This document shows positions 16,439 through 24,366 of a stretch of DNA of 25,066 nt, in pieces. The notes under the pieces are model-generated. The model did no database searches. It was not told where the DNA came from and worked only from the letters and a program-made list of their open reading frames with translations. The first letter of the stretch is position 1, and each line of letters starts with the position of its first letter. Source of the stretch: Oligoflexales bacterium (GTDB taxonomy: Bacteria; Bdellovibrionota_B; Oligoflexia; Oligoflexales; RGVZ01); NCBI GenBank assembly GCA_044236265.1, contig JBIIGV010000034.1, forward strand, positions 1-25,066, given 5' to 3'. Made by a program: the position numbers and the translations under genes.

Positions 16439-17164
16439 ATGCGTATTAGGATGGCTGGAGCCACCGATATCGGTCGCAAGCGAAAAGCCAATCAAGACAG
16501 CATATTTTATGATGAATCACACGGATTAGGTGTTGTTGCTGACGGGATCGGCGGACGACGTGGAGGAGAGGTGGCATCATCCATTGCCGTAAACTCCATG
16601 AAGCGAGTTTTTCTTGGAACAGAAAGCATCCGGCACGGCGAGGTTAACAGCTTTTTGGTCCGCGCCATTGATGAGTTAAATTCCGACATTATTGCCCGCG
16701 GTCAAATGGAACCTGACATTGCGGGAATGGGAACAACAGTCAACTGCTTGGTTTTTGTGGGCGATCGACTGCACCTTGCCCATGTGGGCGACAGTCGTAC
16801 CTATATGTACTATGGCGGTCACTTGTTCCAGTTAACCATTGACCACAACGTGGGCACATTTTCATCCAAAGGCTGGTTAAACCCGGATCAGGTCCAACCG
16901 GGCGCCAAAGACGAGGCCTTAGTCAAGGCTTTGGGTCTCTCACCGAATTGTGAAGCCGATATTTATGAAGTCGCACTGAAGCCTGGGCAGATCTTTTTGA
17001 GCTGTTCCGACGGCTTAAGCGGGATGGTTCCAGACAATGAAATTGCAAATATCATCCGGAAAAACTACTCGAAATTTGACGCGATACCGCAGTTATTGAT
17101 TGCAGCCGCCAACGAGGCCGGAGGGCGAGATAATATTACTGTGCTGCTGAGCGAGGTTAGATGA
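16439..17164 (+). CDS. PP2C/PPM-family Ser/Thr protein phosphatase (Stp1/PrpC-like)
   Basis: TDIGRKRKANQD, VADGIGG, GMGTT, AHVGDSRTY, LTIDH, CSDGL, GGRDNIT. ATG 16439 with GAGGGGG SD; the ORF-track start at 16406 sits at the predicted +1. Confidence 0.93.
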   Translation: MRIRMAGATDIGRKRKANQDSIFYDESHGLGVVADGIGGRRGGEVASSIAVNSMKRVFLGTESIRHGEVNSFLVRAIDELNSDIIARGQMEPDIAGMGTTVNCLVFVGDRLHLAHVGDSRTYMYYGGHLFQLTIDHNVGTFSSKGWLNPDQVQPGAKDEALVKALGLSPNCEADIYEVALKPGQIFLSCSDGLSGMVPDNEIANIIRKNYSKFDAIPQLLIAAANEAGGRDNITVLLSEVR

Positions 17165-18534
17165 CTATGACTTTGGAGCGATATTACCTCGTACGACGTG
17201 ATCACCGGGAGTTTATCGGCCCGATGGGTGTCGACGAGTTTCAACAACGGCTGGAGCGCATGGAGTTTGGGCTCCAAGACGAAGTGTCAGGACACTGTGG
17301 TCCGTGGGTCGTACTCGATCACAAAGAAGATTTGACCAAGCACTATCCGCAAATTGTTGCAGCGTTGGGAGATTCTTTATCATTGTCTTGGCGCGAGGCT
17401 ACCGGCCATGCCCGTGTGATTTCCAAGCAGGACTCAAGACGCGAGCGCAGAAAGCCCAAGCCCCAGAAGCGAATAGATCCTTCAGATCATAAAGGATTCA
17501 ATGAATTCATAAAGGAACAAAAACGGAAATCCCAGAGAATGCGCGTCGCAGCTATTACAATTGTTGTGAGTGCTATTGCTATCGCAGGCTTTATCATTAC
17601 CCGCAAAGACGAGATTCCGTCTTCGGCGGAATATGCATCGCTCATGACAAAGTCTGATCCGAGTGAGTTTCTGAATTTGATGGGATTAAAGGTCATTCCG
17701 TATCCACAAAAATATTTGAAGACGCCAAAGCATCAGGCGCAATGGCTGCCCTTGTTCAGGATGTATGCGTTTTATACGACGGGAGCCATTGACGGCGTTC
17801 CACAAAAGCTTTTAAGGGGTGATCAACCATCGACAGCACCAGTCGATTGCAGTGTCGAGAATTGGAAGCAGCGTTGGCGTGAAAGTTCATCGCAAACGAT
17901 TCAATTTATTCAGGGCAAAGCATTGCCGAGGAATCAATGGACCAAAATTCTTTCCCTGGATCCCAATTGGGTCCGCAGGCGGGCTGCCAAAGGCTGGGCC
18001 AAGCCTAGAAATTATTTTGAGGGATGTCTCATGACCGCATCGCTGGCGATAAAATCGCTTGGCACTGATCCCGGGATGGCGGCAGATGCAAAGGATGGCG
18101 TTTCACCAGAGATTTTTGAGATGGTCAGTCGAAGACTGCAGCAGCAATTAGAAATGATTTCTGATGGGCGCATATCAGCGGTTTTCGACAAATCGAATCT
18201 TTTGGGCGTGATGTCTTGCTTGGAGTCGGCAGGAACGCTTCAAGAGCTTGAGCAATGTCGTGTTACGCCCGAGTTAGCCTTGAAACCTGTGATTGATGAA
18301 AAGAGTGCTTTGGGACTTCTGCGCATTGCTGTCATGCAGCAGGCGGGCGCTCTTGATCCTAAAGTGGCAGCGTTGCTGGCAGGATCGGTTTCGAAAATCG
18401 ACGTTGAAGATCAGATGAGCCGACTGGATATGACTCCCGAATATCGTTTAGTGACCTATCTAAGCACCGGGAACGCGGTTGATCAGTCGCTTAGCAAGGT
18501 CGATCAGGAATTCAAGGAAATTAAATTCAGATAG
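17161..18534 (+). CDS. Single-pass membrane protein with N-terminal GYF_2-like domain and Cys-containing helical periplasmic domain
   Basis: YYLVRRDHREFIGPMGVDEFQQRLERMEFGLQDEVSGHCGPW resembles GYF_2/DUF4339; basic linker; TM VAAITIVVSAIAIAGFII. ATGA overlap with the phosphatase gene. Confidence 0.6.
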   Translation: MTMTLERYYLVRRDHREFIGPMGVDEFQQRLERMEFGLQDEVSGHCGPWVVLDHKEDLTKHYPQIVAALGDSLSLSWREATGHARVISKQDSRRERRKPKPQKRIDPSDHKGFNEFIKEQKRKSQRMRVAAITIVVSAIAIAGFIITRKDEIPSSAEYASLMTKSDPSEFLNLMGLKVIPYPQKYLKTPKHQAQWLPLFRMYAFYTTGAIDGVPQKLLRGDQPSTAPVDCSVENWKQRWRESSSQTIQFIQGKALPRNQWTKILSLDPNWVRRRAAKGWAKPRNYFEGCLMTASLAIKSLGTDPGMAADAKDGVSPEIFEMVSRRLQQQLEMISDGRISAVFDKSNLLGVMSCLESAGTLQELEQCRVTPELALKPVIDEKSALGLLRIAVMQQAGALDPKVAALLAGSVSKIDVEDQMSRLDMTPEYRLVTYLSTGNAVDQSLSKVDQEFKEIKFR

Positions 18535-18591
18535 AGAACAAATGAACCCATAGTTTTTGGAATCAGGATGATTCCGGAGTAAAGCGCCAGG

Positions 18592-20517
18592 ATGGCCAGA
18601 CGTAACCTCAGAATTGAAGTGCTAGCACGGTCTTGTTCCGTGATGCTGTTGCTTCAACTGTTTTTTGCGGATGCGGCTCTTGCTCAACGCGTACGTTCCC
18701 AAACAACCAGGCCTTCCGCTCCAGCCGCGAAACAGCAAAACTCCTCACCTCCGACCAATATCCAGCGTCAAGCACAGATCCCACAAAAAAATAGAAAACT
18801 TAACGGCGGTGAGCTGTACTCAAAAGCGCGCGAATTTTTCGCGGCTGGTCGTTATGCTGAGGCTATTAGGTATGCTGCCGCAGCGCAGCGACGGACTCGG
18901 CAGTCAAAATTACCGACCGTGCTGGTAGCGCAGAGTTACTATCGATTGGGCAAGTTCAAGCGAGCTGCGAAATTGTTTTTGATGGTGCCGACCAGTGAGA
19001 TTCCGAAAGAGGCTGCGGTTGATTACCTGTTAACCATGTTTTCCGCCGGAAGATACCGGGAGGTGATCCGTGGTTATTCCCTCATACCCGATAACCATCC
19101 TTATAAGGATGTTGCGAAGTTTTACACGGGTGTATCGTTTGCGCAGTTTAGGCTGTATCAGAAGGCTCAGTATTTTCTGCGAAATGCGCGCAAACTGCCG
19201 CCATCTCTAATCTCCCAAAAGCGAGCATTCCTGAGCGAGATTGATACCGTCTTGGACCGCGAGCGCGGGGTTGCCTTAGATCAGGGGCAGGCGGGGACTC
19301 CTTTCTATTTTTACTCGGTGCCGAGTGCTCCTCCGCCACCACAAGTTCCTGAGCCTATTCTTCCCGGTACACCAGGAAAACCAGCGCCTGCGCCCAAGCC
19401 AGCACCACCCGTCGGTCCGTCGACATCATATCTTGCAAAAATTGGTTTTGATTTTTCGCAGAAATCGACATTTAGCGATTACAATGGATTTAGAGAAGAG
19501 CGTTCCGAAAGCCGCACTCCGGGAGCATCGGCGCTTCTTGGTCTCAAGTATCTTGGTTCACCGCGCCCCTTTGGAGCGCAGCCAGCCCTTGATCTAGCCA
19601 TTAATCCTGGATACAGCCACTCGGAAAGCGTCAAGTCTTCAAGTAGTCTAGTGGCTAATGAAAATGATCCCGACACCATTCAAAATATTGTCACTAAAAG
19701 TGAGTCGTCATCCTACGCCGCAAGCAATACCTACGGCATTACGGGGCTGTATCCCGTCAGTGACCCAGTTGATGTGAGTGCGAGCTATACGGTCAGTGAT
19801 TCTTACGCCAAAGCGAACCCAAAGAATCTGTCATCGACTGCCACGGCGGCCTTGAAACTGGCAGTCGAAATGGAGCTCTTCAAGTTTGATCTCGGTTTTG
19901 ACAGCATTGCAAACACATCGAAGGCCTCTAGCGCAACAAACAGAACAAACTCACTCATCAAGGTTAATGCAACGAGGAATGGAGAGAACTCTACAACGAG
20001 CTTGAGTCTGTCCAAGCTTGATATGGGAAAGCCTGAACTTGAAAGTGACGGCGTAAAATCGACAACGACGGCGCAGCTGTCATGGCTTCGTAACTTTGAT
20101 GATATTGCATTAGGACTATCCGCTCGTAAGATTGATAAGGTTCGTCTACCCGGGAAGGCGAAAGGCGTTGCCCTGAGCGAGTTATCTGGAAAGATCGAGG
20201 GTTCATACAACCTTAGTGTTGGCGTTTCAGCAGTTGGCAGCGCTTCTTACATTCAAATTAGCAACCTTCCCGTGATCAAGGGCAAAGATGAAGCGGCGGA
20301 GGCCCCTGGGGAAGCCATGGCCAATGGTTCAGCGCTTAAGTACACGGCGAGCTTGAAAGTTGCGCCTGCTAGCTTCGTTTCTTTGAGTGCATCCTATGAA
20401 TACACTGACAGGCAGCTAACTATAGGGGAAGAGCTCCTCAAGAAGAGGATGTTGCTCGATAATTGGAGCCTGCAAAATTCAACGTCAATCGGCATCAGTG
20501 CTAGCTACAGTTTCTAA
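18592..20517 (+). CDS. Exported TPR protein with Pro-rich hinge and C-terminal outer-membrane beta-barrel
   Basis: Signal peptide ending ALA-Q; TPRs (AREFFAAGRYAEA, VAQSYYRLGKFKRA, FYTGVSFAQFRLYQKA); PPPPQVPEPILPGTPGKPAPAPKPAPP hinge; Ser/Thr-rich amphipathic strands; beta-signal-like end IGISASYSF. Confidence 0.75.
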   Translation: MARRNLRIEVLARSCSVMLLLQLFFADAALAQRVRSQTTRPSAPAAKQQNSSPPTNIQRQAQIPQKNRKLNGGELYSKAREFFAAGRYAEAIRYAAAAQRRTRQSKLPTVLVAQSYYRLGKFKRAAKLFLMVPTSEIPKEAAVDYLLTMFSAGRYREVIRGYSLIPDNHPYKDVAKFYTGVSFAQFRLYQKAQYFLRNARKLPPSLISQKRAFLSEIDTVLDRERGVALDQGQAGTPFYFYSVPSAPPPPQVPEPILPGTPGKPAPAPKPAPPVGPSTSYLAKIGFDFSQKSTFSDYNGFREERSESRTPGASALLGLKYLGSPRPFGAQPALDLAINPGYSHSESVKSSSSLVANENDPDTIQNIVTKSESSSYAASNTYGITGLYPVSDPVDVSASYTVSDSYAKANPKNLSSTATAALKLAVEMELFKFDLGFDSIANTSKASSATNRTNSLIKVNATRNGENSTTSLSLSKLDMGKPELESDGVKSTTTAQLSWLRNFDDIALGLSARKIDKVRLPGKAKGVALSELSGKIEGSYNLSVGVSAVGSASYIQISNLPVIKGKDEAAEAPGEAMANGSALKYTASLKVAPASFVSLSASYEYTDRQLTIGEELLKKRMLLDNWSLQNSTSIGISASYSF

Positions 20518-20646
20518 GTCCAATGCCACATCAGGCGAGGCGGGGCGCGTTATAACCTCGAGGCGTCATTTTTTTTGAGGTTTTAACCTTGATGCCTTAC
20601 AATACTAAGTAATTTTGGTTTGTTAACCTGCACAGGGGTGGGCTCC

Positions 20647-21699
20647 ATGTTTTATTGGCTTGGGTCAGCATTAGAGACAGTCTGGGGTCCGTTTCGTTTG
20701 CTCTCGTCTCATTTTTTTCTCGGGGGTCTGGGATTTGTAATGTCTGGTCTTTTGACCTGGAAGTATTTGCCAAAGTTGGCTGAGAAGTACTGTCCACGTG
20801 ATCGCGGACGGGCCCATGCAGTTGAAGCGGCCAAATCCCAGGGCAAACCAACTGGTGCCGGCATTGTTTTTATTCCCTTGTTCCTTCTGATCCAGCTCTT
20901 GGTTCTGCCATTATCTTGGGAGGTCTTGGGGATTTTGTTCCTGACGTTAGCAGCCTGTGTTTTCGGATTCCTTGATGACAACGCCAGTGATGCCTGGGGT
21001 GAATACATCAAGGGCGCAATCGACCTTGTCATTGGCGTGGCAGCAGCCCTATTGATTTGCCAGCTGAATCCGGTCGAGATTTGGTTGCCATTCACGAAAA
21101 AGGGGCTATCGCTTGATCCGATGATTTATGTTCCGCTGGCAGTTGTCTGGATTTGGGTGGCGATCAATGCAACGAACTGTACCGATGGTGTTGATGGACT
21201 GAGTGGCACCCTGAGCAGTATGGCATTTCTCAGTCTCGGCGGTCTTTTGTACTTTGTCCTTGGCCATGTGGAGATGAGTAGCTATCTGCTGGTTCCCCAC
21301 TATAACGACGGCGCTACCTATGGCATTCTCGCCTTATCCATGGCAGGAACGTTAGCCGGATACTTGTGGCACAATGCTCACCCAAGTTCATTATTGATGG
21401 GGGATGCGGGGTCCAGGGCTATGGGTTTTCTTTTGGGCGTGCTAGTCCTTAAGTGCGGAAATCCTTTTCTGGGCCTCATTGTGGCGGGAGTGCTGCTTGT
21501 AAATGGTGGAACAGGCCTCGTCAAAGTTGCTCTGCTTAGGTTTTTTAAGATTTCGATTTTTAAAGACATTCGTTTTCCGCTTCACGATCACGTTCGAAAA
21601 AATATGAACTGGAGCACTCCTCAGGTTTTGGTGCGCTTTAGTTTGATTCAGTTGTCATTAACGTTGACACTGATGGTGCTTTTGCTCAAGTTGCGTTGA
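20647..21699 (+). CDS. mraY: Phospho-N-acetylmuramoyl-pentapeptide transferase (MraY family, variant lineage)
   Basis: About 10 hydrophobic segments; GKPTGAG, GFLDD, NATNCTDGVDGL, LWHNAHP, MGDAGS, FPLHDH. ATG 20647 with GGGGTGG upstream. Confidence 0.82.
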   Translation: MFYWLGSALETVWGPFRLLSSHFFLGGLGFVMSGLLTWKYLPKLAEKYCPRDRGRAHAVEAAKSQGKPTGAGIVFIPLFLLIQLLVLPLSWEVLGILFLTLAACVFGFLDDNASDAWGEYIKGAIDLVIGVAAALLICQLNPVEIWLPFTKKGLSLDPMIYVPLAVVWIWVAINATNCTDGVDGLSGTLSSMAFLSLGGLLYFVLGHVEMSSYLLVPHYNDGATYGILALSMAGTLAGYLWHNAHPSSLLMGDAGSRAMGFLLGVLVLKCGNPFLGLIVAGVLLVNGGTGLVKVALLRFFKISIFKDIRFPLHDHVRKNMNWSTPQVLVRFSLIQLSLTLTLMVLLLKLR

Positions 21700-21747
21700 T
21701 GATCACCTTCTCAAGGCGTCTGTGTCACAGAACGGGGAAATAAGGAC

Positions 21748-22812
21748 ATGCAGATCGATCAAATTTTGACGGCAGCCGTTCGGGGTGGAGCATCGGATGT
21801 TGTTTTGAAGACAGGTAGTGTTCCACGCTTTCGCTTTCGCGGGGAGTTGCTGGCGCCAGAAAATGGCAAGACAATCACTCCTGAGTTGATGATGATGTGG
21901 CTTCAACAGATGCTACCTGGAGATAAGCTTGATATTCGCCGCGAAAAAGATTTTGCCTATCAATCTGCCGAGGGTCATCGTTTCCGGATAAATGTCTTTT
22001 TGCAACGAGGCGTCCCTGCCATCGTTGCGCGGGTTGTTCTTGGTCACATCAGAACAATTGAGGAACTTCAGCTGCCGCCTGTGATTAAAGCGATCACCCA
22101 GGAGCGCCGAGGCTTGGTTTTGGTCACCGGGGCTACCGGTAGCGGAAAGAGCACGACCATGGCGGCTATGATTGATCGCATTAACCGCGACCGTGCAGCA
22201 CACATTATTACAATCGAAGATCCAATCGAGTATCTTTTGCGTGATGAATTATCAGTGATTGAGCAGCGAGAGGTGGGGTCAGATACGGAGTCTTTTTCAA
22301 ATGCTCTGCGCGCTGCTATGCGACAAAACCCTGATGTTATCATGGTTGGAGAATTACGTGATCGTGAGACTGTAGAGACCGCGCTGCGGGCTGCGGAAAC
22401 AGGGCACCTCGTGATTTCAACCCTGCATACAGCTGATGCCGTAGAGTCGTTAACCCGTATAAGTGGGATGTTTAGGGCCGAGGAAGCTAAAAACGTCAGG
22501 ATGTCTCTGGCTTCATCTCTAAAGGCGGTGGTTAGTCAGCGCCTGGTCCCGAGGGCCGACGGTAAAAGTATGATAGCAACTGTCGAGGTGTTAATGGGGA
22601 CGTCTACGGTTCGCGAGCAGATTCGGGACGCAACTGATTTTACGGGACTACGCCAATTGATTCGTGATGGGCGAGACGTTTATGGCATGCAATCCTTTGA
22701 CGACTCGCTGGCCACCCTTGTTACAAGCGGGATGGTGCGGCGGGAAGATGCCCTCAAATACGCTTCCAGCAAATCCGAGCTTGAATTGAGGTTGGCAGGT
22801 GTTGGACAATAA
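21748..22812 (+). CDS. pilT: Type IV pilus retraction ATPase, PilT/PilU family
   Basis: GASD, RFRINVF, Walker A GATGSGKST, Asp box TIEDPIE, QREVG, Walker B VIMVGE, His box AAETGHLVISTLHT, GMQSFD. Confidence 0.9.
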   Translation: MQIDQILTAAVRGGASDVVLKTGSVPRFRFRGELLAPENGKTITPELMMMWLQQMLPGDKLDIRREKDFAYQSAEGHRFRINVFLQRGVPAIVARVVLGHIRTIEELQLPPVIKAITQERRGLVLVTGATGSGKSTTMAAMIDRINRDRAAHIITIEDPIEYLLRDELSVIEQREVGSDTESFSNALRAAMRQNPDVIMVGELRDRETVETALRAAETGHLVISTLHTADAVESLTRISGMFRAEEAKNVRMSLASSLKAVVSQRLVPRADGKSMIATVEVLMGTSTVREQIRDATDFTGLRQLIRDGRDVYGMQSFDDSLATLVTSGMVRREDALKYASSKSELELRLAGVGQ

Positions 22813-22858
22813 TTATTAGAGAAATTCTGAAATTTTGGACTTATGACGGAGGTGCCTG

Positions 22859-23275
22859 ATGTCCCGTTTTTACGGTATCATTTTGTTTTTGATGTCAGGC
22901 GCATCATGGGCCAGCAGTTTTTCAATCGAGCAAATGCCAATTGGTGCTGAAGTCACGGTTCCGCCAACTGCCAAGACCGTTGTACCCATGGGATCAAGAG
23001 TAAAATTGACCAGTACTGACAATCCTCAAACAATTCGCATTGTGCCTGTGGGTAATGGTTCAGTGTTTCCTGCGCCGATTAAACTGGCCATTTTTGACTC
23101 CCATCAGGACCGCGTCAAGTACGTCGAAGTGGCGCCTAATGCACCGTTTCTATACAGCTTCAAAGGTTTATCGACGATTTCCATTCAGCCCTCTCTAGTG
23201 AAGGGCGGCAGTGATGCCTTCAAAAGCATTCGTATGGAGATTGAAAGTGACAAGGCCGTAACGGTCGCCCGTTAA
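22859..23275 (+). CDS. Small secreted hypothetical protein (beta-rich)
   Basis: GGAGG SD; signal peptide MSRFYGIILFLMSGASWA; no recognisable family. Confidence 0.7.
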   Translation: MSRFYGIILFLMSGASWASSFSIEQMPIGAEVTVPPTAKTVVPMGSRVKLTSTDNPQTIRIVPVGNGSVFPAPIKLAIFDSHQDRVKYVEVAPNAPFLYSFKGLSTISIQPSLVKGGSDAFKSIRMEIESDKAVTVAR

Positions 23276-23304
23276 ATTTTACTGGTAGTCGACGTCGTGT
23301 TCTG

Positions 23305-23328
23305 GCATTTTAGGACTTCCTAAAATGC
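23305..23328. promoter_or_regulatory. Inverted repeat upstream of the BMP/ABC operon
   Basis: GCATTTTAGGA-ct-TCCTAAAATGC, 11-bp perfect arms. Confidence 0.55.
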
Positions 23329-23360
23329 TGTAATCTCTGTTTTTTTAAGGATTTGATCGT

Positions 23361-24347
23361 ATGCTTTACAGACTCCTGATTTGTTTGCTTGGTCTTGCGA
23401 TTTCAATGCAGGCTGTAGCTGGAGAATTCAACGTTGCACTTATTTTGGATAAGGCTGGAAAAGACGATCAAAGTTTCAATGCTTCCGCCTACAGGGGAAT
23501 CCAAAGGGCCGAAAAGGAACTTGGAATCAAGTTCAAAACGATTGAAGTGAAAGATGCGGCTTCGTCAGAGAGCATGCTACGAGCTCTTGCCGGTAAAAAG
23601 TTTGATCTAATGATCGCCGTCGGCTTTAGCCACGCAGGTGCGGTGAAAAAAGTTGCGCCATCCTTTTCCCAGAAGCGCTTTGTCATTATTGACAGCGAGG
23701 TTAAAGAGCCCAATGTGACCTCGGTTATGTTTGCGGAGCATGAGGGATCCTATCTGGTGGGCGCTATGGCCGCTATGGCATCAAAGAAAGCCAGCGTCGG
23801 TTTTATTGGAGGTATGGATATTCCTCTGATTCGGCGTTTTGCTATGGGTTACGAAGCAGGGGTTCGTTCTGTGGCTCCCAAGGCAAAAATACAGGTTTCT
23901 TACATCGGAGTTACGGGAGATGCGTTTAGTAATCCCCCTAAAGCCAAAGAGCTCGCCTTGTTACAAAATGCACAAGGTGCCGATGTGATTTTTCATGCGG
24001 CCGGGGCCTCTGGCGCAGGTCTTTTTGATGCGGCTGAGGATAAGAAGTTTTTTGCCATTGGTGTCGACAGTAACCAGAACGGTGTAAAGCCAGGAAGGGT
24101 TCTGACCAGTATGGTGAAGGCGGTTGATGTGGCCGTCTATGAGTCTATTAAAGCTGCCAAAAACCAGCAGCTGGTTGGCGGCTCAACTGTCAATCACGGA
24201 TTTGCGACTGGTGGAATCGATATGGCTATTGATGCAAACAATAAGAGTTTACTAACGCCAGAGATGCTTAAAAAAGCCAACGAGATCAAATCTGGGATTA
24301 CCTCGGGTAAGATCAAAGTTCCCGACTATTATGTTCAAAAAAAATAG
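23361..24347 (+). CDS. BMP-family (PnrA/TmpC-like) nucleoside ABC transporter substrate-binding protein
   Basis: GKDDQSFN, AVGF, FAEHEGSYLVG, GFIGGMDIPLIRRF, GADVIFHAAGASG, IGVDSNQ, LTSMVK. AAGGA SD. Confidence 0.92.
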   Translation: MLYRLLICLLGLAISMQAVAGEFNVALILDKAGKDDQSFNASAYRGIQRAEKELGIKFKTIEVKDAASSESMLRALAGKKFDLMIAVGFSHAGAVKKVAPSFSQKRFVIIDSEVKEPNVTSVMFAEHEGSYLVGAMAAMASKKASVGFIGGMDIPLIRRFAMGYEAGVRSVAPKAKIQVSYIGVTGDAFSNPPKAKELALLQNAQGADVIFHAAGASGAGLFDAAEDKKFFAIGVDSNQNGVKPGRVLTSMVKAVDVAVYESIKAAKNQQLVGGSTVNHGFATGGIDMAIDANNKSLLTPEMLKKANEIKSGITSGKIKVPDYYVQKK

Positions 24348-24366
24348 TTTTATTTGGATGGCTTAA

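Noticed and set aside
20521..20600. Terminator after the TPR-barrel gene (T8 run near 20568-20576)
   Set aside because: No convincing GC stem lies directly before the T run; only short palindromes (GTTATAAC, CCTCGAGG) are present.
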